This document shows positions 17,241 through 26,464 of a stretch of 38,586 bases of DNA, piece after piece. The notes beneath the pieces are model-generated. The model ran no database searches and was not told where the DNA came from. It worked only from the letters and a program-made list of their open reading frames with translations. Position 1 is the first letter of the stretch. Each line of letters begins with the position of its first letter. The stretch is from Christensenellaceae bacterium (GTDB lineage: Bacteria; Bacillota; Clostridia; Christensenellales; Borkfalkiaceae). The stretch is taken from assembly GCA_045613665.1 (NCBI GenBank), contig JAZLBK010000032.1, positions 1 through 38,586 of the forward strand, read 5' to 3'. The position numbers were made by a program, and so were the translations under genes.

Positions 17241-18023
17241 TTGCTTTTTTACAATTATTTCTTCGATTTTTTTAAGGTGTTTTAAGCCCGCAATATAGCC
17301 TTGTTCATACGCAAAGTTAAGTTTTTCAACCTTAAACTGACTCATATCCCCAAGTTCAGGAACTATCAATAAATCGTGCTTAAAAGCGCGTAATTGACGC
17401 TTTTTTAAGTAGTAACTGTTAGCGTCAACCACCCTTAAAACGTGAGATAAAAGTCCTTTTTGCTTATAGTCTCTAAGTTCGCCTAACACGTCTACAACGA
17501 TAACAACGTCAGCATCAAAATGCTTTACGGCGATTAGTGGCAAGGGCATAAAAACACCGCCGTCAACTAAAACCATACCGTCTTTTTCAACAGGCTTAAA
17601 CACGCCCGGTATTGCCGAACTTGCGTGAACCGCTTCTGATACGTCACCCGAATTAAACGCCACCACTTCGCCCGAAATTATATCCCCTGCAATGCACTCA
17701 AAAGGTATTTTAAGTTCTTCGAACTTAGTTTTGCCTATTAGTTGTTCAAGTTTGTTTCTTAGTTTAATCGTGCGCATTAAACTCGGCTTGTTGAAAGGGA
17801 AAATAGACGCGTCCGCAATATCAGACATTTTAAGGCTTTTAACCACTTCCATCATCTCTTTGGGTTTCATACCCTTAGCGTAACAAGCACCTACTACCGA
17901 GCCCATTGAACAGCCGGCAATAAAATCGGGGGTTATCCCGCTTTCTTCCATTGCTTGTAAAAAACCTATATGTGCAATACCGCGTGCCCCACCCGCACCT
18001 AATATAAAACAAATTTTTGACAT
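17235..18023 (-). CDS. Patatin-like phospholipase (YlbK-like)
   Basis: 262 aa with the oxyanion motif GAGGARG, the nucleophile elbow GCSMGS and the catalytic Asp in VDGGVF. Confidence 0.85.
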   Translation of the reverse strand: MSKICFILGAGGARGIAHIGFLQAMEESGITPDFIAGCSMGSVVGACYAKGMKPKEMMEVVKSLKMSDIADASIFPFNKPSLMRTIKLRNKLEQLIGKTKFEELKIPFECIAGDIISGEVVAFNSGDVSEAVHASSAIPGVFKPVEKDGMVLVDGGVFMPLPLIAVKHFDADVVIVVDVLGELRDYKQKGLLSHVLRVVDANSYYLKKRQLRAFKHDLLIVPELGDMSQFKVEKLNFAYEQGYIAGLKHLKKIEEIIVKKQK

Positions 18024-18085
18024 AATTCACCTATAATTGTTCTCTTAATTTATGGTTTTTTATACGCCTTTTGTAAAATTTAGGG

Positions 18086-18116
18086 AATAAATTGCCGTCG
18101 CTTCTGCGACGGCAAT
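18086..18116 (-). terminator. Probable terminator of the PEPCK gene
   Basis: attgccgtcgc / gcgacggcaat 11-bp hairpin. The minus-strand tail TTATT is only weakly U-rich. Confidence 0.5.
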
Positions 18117-18130
18117 TGCTTAAACTCTAA

Positions 18131-19948
18131 TTATTTAGAAAGTCTTTCTTCTAATGCTTTTAATTCGTTTGCAAGTTCTTTTGGAAGTTTGTCGCCGAAT
18201 TGAGCGTAGAATTCTTTAATACCTTTAACTTCTTCAAGCCAAGTAGCCTTGTCAACGTTAAGAAGTTCTTTTACGGTATCAACGTCGATATCAAGACCTT
18301 CAATGTTGATATCTTCTGCGTTAGGTACGTAACCGATTGCTACTTCGTTAGCGCCAACTTCGTTCTTGCATCTCTTAATAATCCATTCAAGAACTCTAAG
18401 GTTATCGCCAAAGCCCGGCCAAATGAAGTTGCCTTCATCGTCAGTTCTAAACCAGTTAACGTTGAAGATTTTAGGTTGATTTGCAATCTTGGTGCCCATA
18501 TTTACCCAGTGAGCAAAGTAGTCAGCCATATTGTAGCCTACGAAAGGACGCATTGCCATCGGGTCACGTCTTACAACACCTACCGCGCCGGTTGCAGCAG
18601 CAGTAGTTTCAGATGCCATGATAGAACCTACGAATACACCGCTGTTCCAATCTCTTGATTGATATACGAGCGGAGCAGTCTTAGCACGTCTACCACCGAA
18701 TACGATTGCAGTTACAGGAACGCCTTCTGGTGCTTCAAATTCAGAAGAAATGCACGGGCAGTTAACCGCAGGAGCAGTGAAACGGCTGTTAGGATGAGCC
18801 GCTTTAACTTCCTTACCGTCTTTATCTACCGTTTCAGGAGTCCAAGGATTGCCTTTCCAGTCGATAAGGTTAGCAGGTTTTTTCTTATCAGCAGTGTCTT
18901 TTTCCATTGCTTCCCACCAAACGGTGTTAGTTTCAGGGTCTAACGCAACGTTGGTGAAAATGGTGTTTTTCATAGTTGAGTATAAAGCGTTGGGGTTAGA
19001 CTTTTTGTTAGTTCCAGGTGCAACGCCGAAGAAACCGTTTTCAGGGTTGATAGCCCAAAGTCTACCGTCTTTACCAACTCTAAGCCAAGCGATATCGTCA
19101 CCTACACACCATACTTTGTAACCTTTCTTTTGTTATACTTCTGGTGGGATAAGCATTGCAAGGTTAGTTTTACCGCAAGCAGAAGGGAACGCCGCAGTGA
19201 TATAGTTGATTTCGCCTTGTGGGTTTTGAATACCAACTATAAGCATGTGTTCAGCCATCCAGCCTTCGTTTTTGCCTTGGTAAGATGCAATTCTAAGAGC
19301 AAAACACTTTTTACCAAGTAATACGTTTCCGCCGTAACCTGAGTTAACCGACCAAATAGTATTGTCTTGTGGGAAGTGTAAAATGTATCTCTTTTCAGGG
19401 TCAAGGTCTGCCTTTGAGTGAAGACCGCGTACGAAATCGTTGCTGTCACCTAATACGTCAAGAACGGCTTTGCCAATTCTCGTCATAATCTTCATACTTA
19501 CTACTACGTAGATAGAATCGGTTACTTCGATACCTACCTTAGAGAAAGTAGAACCAACCGCGCCCATTGAGTAAGGAATAACGTACATGGTTTTGCCTTT
19601 CATAGAACCGTCGAAAATCGCGCCTACTTTTTCGTATGCCTCGCTAGGAGCCATCCAGTTGTTGATAGGACCAGCGTCTTCTTCCTTTTCGGTACAAATG
19701 AAAGTTCTGCCTTCTACACGCGCTACGTCGTTAGGGTCTGAACGGTGAAGGTAACAACCGGGAAGTTTTTCTTCGTTAAGTTTAATAAGTTCGCCAGTTG
19801 AAAGGGCTTCTTTACGAAGTTCTTCAAGTTGAGCCTCGTCGCCGGTAATCCATACGATTTTTTCGGGCTTACAAAGGTTCGCGCTTTCTTCAACGAACTT
19901 TAATACTTGCTCGTTTTTAGTAAATTCGTTACTGATTTGGTATTTCAT
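18131..19948 (-). pseudogene. pckG: GTP-dependent phosphoenolpyruvate carboxykinase interrupted by a single in-frame TAA (codon 272)
   Basis: ORFs 19133-19948 and 18131-18973 are in the same frame. My translation of the gap reads ...[77 protein letters not shown]... All PEPCK-GTP motifs are intact (P-loop, [25 protein letters not shown], NWF). Length is about 605 codons. Confidence 0.85.
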
Positions 19949-20019
19949 TACTAATGCCTCCTATTTAATGAAAATGTTTGTTTGTTATTTTTTTAACAAT
20001 TTAATAATTTATTAGTTAT

Positions 20020-20048
20020 ATTCTAACATAAAAATTTATTATTGTAAA
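20020..20048 (-). promoter_or_regulatory. Putative sigma-A promoter of pckG
   Basis: On the minus strand, TTTACA (20048-20043), 17-nt spacer, TAGAAT (20025-20020). Confidence 0.35.
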
Positions 20049-20191
20049 CACTTTTTAACGTGATTTTTACGGTTTTGCTTTCCTTTTTGCTATTTTACAA
20101 AATAACCGCTTAATTTTCAAAATGCGTTATTTTTATTGCTTTAAGAAAATATATTATATAAGGGCGATAACGCCTGTTTGCAAGGTGTTTT

Positions 20192-21049
20192 ATGAAAAAT
20201 TATTTCAAAGAGTTTTTAATTCTTAAAAAATTAAAAGGAAAAGACAACTGCACCCTAAAAATTGAAAGCGACGGTATAGTTTCAACGGTAAAGGTAGAGA
20301 TTTTTACAGGCAGTTTTACTAAAAGTAAATACCGTTTAGTTTATTGCGTATATGGTGAGGACGTTTTAGTTTACACTCCGCTTGCTTTGAAGTTCGAACT
20401 TCAAGTATCAAGTTGCGTTACGCGTGGATTTTCCGCACTTTTAATAGACGAAAACGACAGCCCTACCCTTTTTGGCAAGTATGGTCAAGCGCCCGAATTA
20501 GACTATTTACTTTCAAAAGTAAAAACGCCTGATTATCAAGGTGGGTATGACGACGAAGTTATCGCTACCGAAAATTACTACGAGGTGGAAAGTGAAAAAC
20601 AATGCGCTGCTTACCAAGATGGCAACGGGGATTGCCAAAATAAAAATAGCCCGTCAAAAGAGAAAGAGAAAGGCGGAACTATATTATATGAAAACGTCAA
20701 TGGGGATTGTTACTGCCAAAACTACTACGACAACGTGCGAGAAAAACTCGACAAACTAATAGATAGTTACGAAAAAGATTTTACGCTTTGTTCGCTTATT
20801 CCAGAAAGTAATTTTGTAAAAATTAACTACGATAATAATAGGTTTTATTCGGTTGGAACGGTTAAAGAAAGGGGGGCTGTTAAATACGTTTGCTACGCCG
20901 TAATGGGCAGTTACTTAAACGCGCCTAAACAAATAATTTCTTTTTGTGATTTTTTACCGCTTTCACCCTTTAACGCACTGGGAGAGGGATACTACGTAAT
21001 TTTTCAAAATGCACAAACGGGCGAAATAGTAAGCAAAAATAAAAATTAA
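20192..21049 (+). CDS. Hypothetical protein (285 aa) with a Cys/Asn/Gly-rich central linker
   Basis: RBS AAGGTG. The linker contains the internal motif NGDCQN / NGDCYCQN. The C-terminal region YVCYAVMGSY...FLPLSP...GEGYYVIFQNAQTGE resembles an uncharacterised clostridial family that I cannot name. Confidence 0.5.
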   Translation: MKNYFKEFLILKKLKGKDNCTLKIESDGIVSTVKVEIFTGSFTKSKYRLVYCVYGEDVLVYTPLALKFELQVSSCVTRGFSALLIDENDSPTLFGKYGQAPELDYLLSKVKTPDYQGGYDDEVIATENYYEVESEKQCAAYQDGNGDCQNKNSPSKEKEKGGTILYENVNGDCYCQNYYDNVREKLDKLIDSYEKDFTLCSLIPESNFVKINYDNNRFYSVGTVKERGAVKYVCYAVMGSYLNAPKQIISFCDFLPLSPFNALGEGYYVIFQNAQTGEIVSKNKN

Positions 21050-21081
21050 AAAAGCGTAGGAACTTGCCTACGCTTTTTGTT
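21046..21081. terminator. Bidirectional hairpin terminator
   Basis: agcgtagg (21053-21060) / cctacgct (21067-21074), flanked by A5 and T5. Confidence 0.75.
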
Positions 21082-21354
21082 TTACGCTTCGTAAACCGAA
21101 ACTTGTTTGCGGTCTTTACCAACTCTTTCATATCTAACTACGCCAGATACGGTTGCAAATAAAGTGTAATCTTTACCACAGCCAACGTTTTTGCCTGGGT
21201 AGAATTTAGTGCCTCTTTGTCTAACTAAAATAGAGCCTGCTAAAACCTTTTGACCGTCAGCGCGCTTAATGCCTAAGCGTTTAGCCTCACTGTCACGACC
21301 GTTTCTTGAACTACCAACACCTTTTTTATGAGCAAATAATTTAATTAAAAACAT
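21082..21354 (-). CDS. rpmA: 50S ribosomal protein L27 with a 7-residue N-terminal propeptide
   Basis: The protein begins [28 protein letters not shown]. The strong RBS AAAGGAGA is correctly spaced for the first ATG. Confidence 0.95.
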   Translation of the reverse strand: MFLIKLFAHKKGVGSSRNGRDSEAKRLGIKRADGQKVLAGSILVRQRGTKFYPGKNVGCGKDYTLFATVSGVVRYERVGKDRKQVSVYEA

Positions 21355-21356
21355 AA

Positions 21357-21668
21357 TTATTCTCCTTTACTAATCTCGGTAATCTTAACAGCCGTAAAAG
21401 GTTGTCTATGACCTTGTCTTTTCCTGATGTTCTTTTTTGCTTTGTATTTGAAGATTATAATCTTCTTAGCCTTGTCTTGTTGAAGAACTTCACCAGTTAC
21501 TTTGAACGCCTTAGCGTCCTTGCCTACTTTTACACTCTTTCCGTCAGTCACGAATAATGCGTTGAATTCTACGCTCGCACCAACTTCGGCATCAAGTTTT
21601 TCAAGTTTAACGATATCGCCTACCGCAACTTTATATTGCTTATTGCCGTTTTCAATAATTGCGTACAT
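21357..21668 (-). CDS. rplU: 50S ribosomal protein L21
   Basis: 103 aa beginning [14 protein letters not shown], typical of L21. Confidence 0.95.
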   Translation of the reverse strand: MYAIIENGNKQYKVAVGDIVKLEKLDAEVGASVEFNALFVTDGKSVKVGKDAKAFKVTGEVLQQDKAKKIIIFKYKAKKNIRKRQGHRQPFTAVKITEISKGE

Positions 21669-21752
21669 TTTTGTACCTCCCGTCTAATCTCGCCGTATTT
21701 AAGGCGGTGGCAAAGCCACGCTTCCGGAGCCCTTTCCGTGCGGTTCGTAGGT
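21669..21752 (-). promoter_or_regulatory. Structured 5' leader of rplU (putative L21 ribosomal-protein leader)
   Basis: An ~85-nt leader between the promoter and the RBS, with hairpins GTGGC-TTT-GCCAC and CGCC-TTAAATAC-GGCG. A Firmicute L21 leader family exists, but I could not align to it. Confidence 0.4.
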
Positions 21753-21781
21753 ATTTTACAAAATTTTGATTTTTTTGTCAA
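21753..21781 (-). promoter_or_regulatory. Sigma-A promoter of rplU-rpmA
   Basis: On the minus strand, TTGACA (21781-21776), 17-nt spacer, TAAAAT (21758-21753) preceded by TG. Confidence 0.55.
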
Positions 21782-21849
21782 CTGTTTTAACGCATAATTA
21801 ATTCGTAGTAGCACACCATAATTGTAAATCTATATATGGGGGTATTTTT

Positions 21850-22284
21850 ATGGAAAATTGCAATCTTGACTTTATAGGCGAAGTTTACAGAAACGCCAGC
21901 ATCGCACTTCAATCTATTTCAGACGTTATGCCCGAAATAGAAAACGAAGGTTTAAGAAACGAAATTCACGACCAGTATCAAGGCTATGAACACTTTATTG
22001 CCGACCTTACTTCGTACATGCGTGAAAAGGGTTATGAAATTAAGGATATCGGCGCTATGAAAAAAGCAATGATGTGGTCGGCTATTAAAATGAATACTGC
22101 GTTTGACAGTACGCATAGCCATATCGCTGAAATAATGATTAAAGGTACGGTTATGGGCATTACTGAACTTACTAAAATTATAAACGAAACCAAATGCTTA
22201 ACCGACGATAAGGCAATGGAATTTGCTAAACGACTTCTCCACCTTGAAGAAGACTACGAACAACGCCTTAAAAAGCACTTATAA
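21850..22284 (+). CDS. Hypothetical helical protein (144 aa)
   Basis: RBS GGGGG. The composition is predicted all-alpha, and there is no motif I can name. Confidence 0.5.
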   Translation: MENCNLDFIGEVYRNASIALQSISDVMPEIENEGLRNEIHDQYQGYEHFIADLTSYMREKGYEIKDIGAMKKAMMWSAIKMNTAFDSTHSHIAEIMIKGTVMGITELTKIINETKCLTDDKAMEFAKRLLHLEEDYEQRLKKHL

Positions 22285-22289
22285 AAAAA

Positions 22290-22318
22290 CTAAAAACACG
22301 GCAATCGCCGTGTTTTTT
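22290..22318. terminator. Bidirectional hairpin terminator
   Basis: cacggc (22297-22302) / gccgtg (22307-22312), with an A-run upstream and T6 downstream. Confidence 0.75.
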
Positions 22319-22411
22319 AGTTATATTTTTTACCGCCGAAATTAACCTTGCTGGTTATTGAGGTGGTAAAAAGTCGCAGTAACGCAGTATTGCGAAGTTT
22401 ATAACGACTTA
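22318..22411. repeat. Structured intergenic repeat, unit D (subfamily 2, lacks the first ~9 nt)
   Basis: TAGTTATATTTTTT-ACCGCC..TAACC-TTGCT-GGTTA..GGTGGT-..GCAGTAACGCAGTATTGCGAAGTTTATAACGACTTA. The 3' 40 nt match unit B (18-nt and 11-nt identical blocks). The 5' TAGTTATATTTTT matches fragment A'. Confidence 0.75.
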
Positions 22412-23355
22412 TCGTAGGTTTTTGCTTTTTCTTTAAGTATCTTAATACTGTCTACGTAAACGGCTTTGGGGTTTTCTTTAAGGTTAAACCTTTCAACCAC
22501 TTTTTCTATGAGATATTTAGCGTTTCTCATAGCACGGGGGGATTTAATTCTTAAAAATACCGGAACTTGCGCGTAGGCTTTTTTATGCGAAACGTCTTTA
22601 CATTTAAGCCTTGGCTCAACCTGACTATAATCAAGGTTAAGGTAAAGTTTTAACGACTGGGTGGAAAAGCCAAGTTTGAAAAGTTGGGTTCTACCCATAT
22701 TAAAACTGTCAAAATCGTTAGACACGCGTGATTTTACGCCCTTGTATAGAAGAATAATGTTTTTAAGTTCGTCATAACGTTTAAGAATTTCTTTGTCTGC
22801 CTCTAAGAATTTTTGAGCGAAATTCTTTTCAATATAAACGGGTTTTTCAGCCTTTTCTACCACTAAACCGCCACCGTTTTGACTAAGCGCGGTAAGTTCG
22901 GCGGAAATAACTGACTTAGAATTATCAAACTCTGCGTTTACAGTTTCGTCTTCACCGTTAAATAAAACTTCTTCCGATACGACGGTGGGGCGATAAGGCT
23001 CGCTGAACTCTAAATTTTCTTCCGCGATATGTTCATCGTCAACAATATCAATAATTTCTTCAACAATAGAAAATTCTTTTTCATTAGTGGCTGGGCGTTC
23101 GTTTACGAAAAGAGCCTCTTCCCCAACGTCTTCATTATCCATAAGCAACGCTTCAATGGGGGACTCGTTTTCTTCAACCGATAAGTCTTCTATCTCACCG
23201 CCTAAATTCGTAACGGGGGTTGAAAATAAAACTTCTGCGCCAAAATCTGCATTTTCAAAAGCCTCTATCGAAGAAGTTACCTCTTCCGTAGGCTTAGGAT
23301 TTTTTTTGCTAAAAAGTACGTCTTCCTGAATAAAGTCGTGATTATCGTGAGCCAT
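22399..23355 (-). CDS. Hypothetical protein with an acidic N-terminal half and a conserved-looking basic C-terminal domain
   Basis: The start is moved to the ATG at 23355 behind the RBS AAGGTG (318 aa). The N-terminal ~170 aa are rich in E/D/V. The last codons and the stop lie inside repeat unit D. Confidence 0.55.
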   Translation of the reverse strand: MAHDNHDFIQEDVLFSKKNPKPTEEVTSSIEAFENADFGAEVLFSTPVTNLGGEIEDLSVEENESPIEALLMDNEDVGEEALFVNERPATNEKEFSIVEEIIDIVDDEHIAEENLEFSEPYRPTVVSEEVLFNGEDETVNAEFDNSKSVISAELTALSQNGGGLVVEKAEKPVYIEKNFAQKFLEADKEILKRYDELKNIILLYKGVKSRVSNDFDSFNMGRTQLFKLGFSTQSLKLYLNLDYSQVEPRLKCKDVSHKKAYAQVPVFLRIKSPRAMRNAKYLIEKVVERFNLKENPKAVYVDSIKILKEKAKTYDKSL

Positions 23356-23479
23356 AATTTTACACCTTAGTTCTTCGCTTTTTGCAAGCGGTTTTTGTTT
23401 TATTACATATAAGTATAACTTATATTTCACTAAATTGCAATAGTTTAACCCAAAATTTCGCCTTATAGACTACTTTTTA

Positions 23480-23905
23480 TTAGTTTTGAGCCTTGGCAAC
23501 GGCGTTTACAACTCTCATATCCACCTTGCCTTGATAGTTTTGCTTAAAGTGTTTCATAACAGACGGAATTGACTTGTCTTCAAGCCCGCTAATAATATTT
23601 TTAATTTCATCTTCACTTAAAAGTTTAGGAAGATATTTTTTAATAACTTCGATTTGGTTACTTAAAGAAATAACGTTTTCTTCCCTGCCCGCTTTGATAA
23701 AGCCCTCACGTTCTTCGGTGAGTTCCTTTTCGGCTTTTTGAAGTAAACCGTCAACGTCAGCCTCGGTAACTTCTAAACCGCTTGCGCGCCTTTCGATAGT
23801 GAGCGCCATAATCTTGGTAATTATTACGTTAAGGGCTGAAACCTTATCTTTGTCTTTTTGTTTCATTGCTTGAATTTTTTCTAATTTGAACGCGTCAAGT
23901 GTCAT
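23480..23905 (-). CDS. yqeY: GatB/YqeY domain protein
   Basis: 141 aa with a YqeY-like sequence (AMKQKDKDKVSALNVI ... IIKKYLP). The start is set at the ATG at 23905 behind GGAG. Confidence 0.8.
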   Translation of the reverse strand: MTLDAFKLEKIQAMKQKDKDKVSALNVIITKIMALTIERRASGLEVTEADVDGLLQKAEKELTEEREGFIKAGREENVISLSNQIEVIKKYLPKLLSEDEIKNIISGLEDKSIPSVMKHFKQNYQGKVDMRVVNAVAKAQN

Positions 23906-23907
23906 AA

Positions 23908-24729
23908 TCAATTCTCCATAATTTTATCTATTGCAGTGTTGAGGGGTGCGGTGTCAATCATATGCGCGTTGCCACCGTCTATAAAGTTAGCAATTTCGGG
24001 GTTTATAGGCAGTTTTGCAAGAACTTCAAGCCCGTAATTTTGAGCCACGCTTTCAGTTTTGCCTTTGCCGAATATATAGATGGGTTTTTTGCAATCGGGG
24101 CAAACGGCGTAACTCATATTTTCAACGATACCTACGATAGGAACGTTCATCATATTAGCCATTTTAACCGACTTTTCAACTATCATAGATACAAGGTCTT
24201 GCGGGGTGGTTACTACCACTATACCGTCTACCTTAAAACTTTGAAAAACGGTAAGCGGAACGTCACCCGTGCCTGGGGGCATATCTATAAACATTATATC
24301 GTTTTCGCCCCACAAAACGTCGGTATAAAACTGTTTAACTACGCCCGAAATTACCGGTCCACGCCAAACTACCGGCATTGACGGTTCTTCAAGCAACGAG
24401 TTCATACTCATTATTTTTACGCCCGATTTTGAAGTTACGGGGTAAAGCCCTTCGTCACAGCCCTGCGCCCTATCGTTTTCAGTAAGCCCAAAGGCTTTTG
24501 GGATTGACGGACCGGTTACGTCAGCATCTAAAACGGCGGTTTTTAATCCGCGCTTGTTTGCCTCTACCGCAAGAAGAGTGGTGATAAGCGATTTGCCAAC
24601 ACCGCCCTTTCCACTCATAACGGCAATAATTTTCTTAAACTTTGTACCGTCTTTCGGTTTAACGGTAAAATCTCTATCTTTGCAATCGCCTTTATTGCAA
24701 GACGAACAGTCGTGACTGCAATTACTCAT
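23908..24729 (-). CDS. mrp: Mrp/NBP35 (ApbC) family Fe-S cluster carrier ATPase
   Basis: It has the deviant Walker A MSGKGGVGKS, a Cys-rich N-terminus and a CPDC motif. The start is set at the ATG at 24729 behind GGAGAG. Confidence 0.85.
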   Translation of the reverse strand: MSNCSHDCSSCNKGDCKDRDFTVKPKDGTKFKKIIAVMSGKGGVGKSLITTLLAVEANKRGLKTAVLDADVTGPSIPKAFGLTENDRAQGCDEGLYPVTSKSGVKIMSMNSLLEEPSMPVVWRGPVISGVVKQFYTDVLWGENDIMFIDMPPGTGDVPLTVFQSFKVDGIVVVTTPQDLVSMIVEKSVKMANMMNVPIVGIVENMSYAVCPDCKKPIYIFGKGKTESVAQNYGLEVLAKLPINPEIANFIDGGNAHMIDTAPLNTAIDKIMEN

Positions 24730-24835
24730 AACTCTCTCCAAAAAATTTAAGTGATACGTATTTATTATATACTTATTTTCAATTTATGTAAACGGTTTAT
24801 TTAATAAGAAAAAAATTATTTTTTCGCGCTTTATG

Positions 24836-24864
24836 TTGATTTGAAGGACTAAGTGTGGTAAAAT
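24836..24864 (+). promoter_or_regulatory. Putative sigma-A promoter
   Basis: TTGATT (24836-24841), 17-nt spacer ending in TGG, TAAAAT (24859-24864). Confidence 0.45.
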
Positions 24865-24901
24865 ATAGTGGTATTTATTAACTACGCTAAGGAGCGAACG
24901 T

Positions 24902-26386
24902 ATGACAAAAATCGGATTTGACAGCGAAAAGTATCTTCATATGCAATCTGAAAAGATTTCCGAACGCATCAACGAGTTCGGCGGAAAGTTATACCTTGAA
25001 TTCGGCGGTAAACTTTTTGACGATAATCACGCGGCGCGCGTTCTTCCGGGCTTTGCGCCAGACAATAAAATTAAGATGCTTTCAAAACTTAAAGACAAAG
25101 CCGAAATAGTTATCGTTATAAACTCGCTTGATATCCAAAAAAATAAAGTTCGTTCCGACCTTGGCATCACCTACGACCAAGACGTTGTTAGGCTAATAGG
25201 CATTTTTAGAAGTTACGGTCTTTTAGTAGGTAGCGTGGTTTTATCTAAGTTCGACCAGTCTAATGAGCCTGCCGTTTTATTTGCAAAACGCCTAAAAAAA
25301 ATGGGGCTTAAAGTGTATCGCCACTATATTATTAAGGGCTACCCTTCTAACGTTGAACATATTATTAGTGACGAGGGATACGGTAAAAATGAATATATTG
25401 AAACGAGCAGAAATTTAGTTGTTGTAACCGCACCCGGTCCAGGTAGCGGTAAAATGGCTACTTGTTTATCTAATATTTATCACGACCTTAAACGCGGAAT
25501 TAAATCGGGATACGCTAAATACGAAACTTTTCCTATTTGGAACTTACCGCTTAAACACCCCGTAAACGTTGCTTACGAAGCGGCAACCGCCGACCTTAAC
25601 GACGTTAATATGATAGACCCGTGGCATTTATCCGCTTACGGCGTAACGACGGTTAACTATAATCGTGACGTTGAGATTTTCCCCGTTCTTAACACTTTAT
25701 TTGAAAGGCTTATGGGAATTTCGCCATATAAATCGCCTACCGATATGGGCGTAAATATGGCTGGCTTTGCAATTTGTGACGACGCGGTTTGTCAAGAAGC
25801 GTCTAAGCAAGAGATTATAAGGCGTTATTTTAAGGCGCTTGAAAACGAAAGGAGAAACAACTTAGACCCCGACGAAAGCGAAAAGATTTTACACCTAATG
25901 CGCGGGCTTAACGTTGCGGTAGAAGAAAGAAAGGTTTACGTTGCTTGCGCTGAAAAATCCCAAAAAGAAAAAGTTCCTTGTAGCGCAATAGAACTTAGTG
26001 ACGGTAAGATTATAACGGGAAAAACGAGTGAACTTTTAGAAAGCCAAAGCGCAATGCTACTTAACGCGCTTAAATACCTTGCCGAGATTGACGACGATAT
26101 TAAAATTCTTCTTCCTGAAAGAATAGTTCCTATTACCGAACTTAAAGTAAAATACCTATCGTCACAAACGCCAAGGCTACATATAGACGAAATGCTTATA
26201 GCCTTATCTAGTTCGTCGGTTACTAATAAATACGCTCAACTTGCAATATCTAAACTACCCTTGCTTAGCGGAGCGCAAATGCACTCGTCAGTTCTTCTTC
26301 CGCATATCGACCTTAAAATGCTTAGAAAACTCGGCATAGTTTCAACAAGCACGGCGGTTTATGAAGATAAAAACTTAAAGAAATAA
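24902..26386 (+). CDS. UPF0371/DUF1846 family protein
   Basis: 494 aa. The N-terminus IGFDSEKYLHMQSEKISERI..KLYLEFGGKLFDDNHAARVLPGF is characteristic of the family, as I recall it. Confidence 0.75.
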   Translation: MTKIGFDSEKYLHMQSEKISERINEFGGKLYLEFGGKLFDDNHAARVLPGFAPDNKIKMLSKLKDKAEIVIVINSLDIQKNKVRSDLGITYDQDVVRLIGIFRSYGLLVGSVVLSKFDQSNEPAVLFAKRLKKMGLKVYRHYIIKGYPSNVEHIISDEGYGKNEYIETSRNLVVVTAPGPGSGKMATCLSNIYHDLKRGIKSGYAKYETFPIWNLPLKHPVNVAYEAATADLNDVNMIDPWHLSAYGVTTVNYNRDVEIFPVLNTLFERLMGISPYKSPTDMGVNMAGFAICDDAVCQEASKQEIIRRYFKALENERRNNLDPDESEKILHLMRGLNVAVEERKVYVACAEKSQKEKVPCSAIELSDGKIITGKTSELLESQSAMLLNALKYLAEIDDDIKILLPERIVPITELKVKYLSSQTPRLHIDEMLIALSSSSVTNKYAQLAISKLPLLSGAQMHSSVLLPHIDLKMLRKLGIVSTSTAVYEDKNLKK

Positions 26387-26387
26387 A

Positions 26388-26411
26388 AAAAGCACGCAAA
26401 AGCGTGCTTTT
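26388..26411. terminator. Bidirectional hairpin terminator
   Basis: agcacgc (26391-26397) / gcgtgct (26401-26407), with A6 upstream and T4-5 downstream. Confidence 0.75.
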
Positions 26412-26464
26412 TAGTTTAGTTATATTTTTCTTTTAACGCAGTATTGCGCCGTTTATATCAACTT
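26411..26464. repeat. Structured intergenic repeat, fragment A' (subfamily 2 with internal deletion)
   Basis: TAGTTTAGTTATATTTTTCTTTTAACGCAGTATTGCGCCGTTTATATCAACTTA. It shares TAGTTATATTTTT and TAACGCAGTATTGCG with unit D and abuts unit A head-to-tail. Confidence 0.6.

Noticed and set aside
17235-18023. Patatin-like phospholipase as a CBASS (CapV-type) defence effector
   Set aside because: No CD-NTase or other CBASS component is adjacent. The size and motifs match the housekeeping YlbK-type patatin of Firmicutes.
19133-19135. Genome-wide reassignment of TAA as a sense codon
   Set aside because: kbl, tdh, asnA, the DUF1846 gene, rhaB-like, hup, ackA, capD-like and others all terminate at TAA at the expected protein ends.
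21690-21705. TTTAAGGCGG in the rplU leader as another copy of the repeat head, and similar weak matches near 3940 and 20105
   Set aside because: Only 9-12 nt match, with no accompanying tail or internal helices. Such matches are expected by chance in this aacg/cgtt-rich genome.
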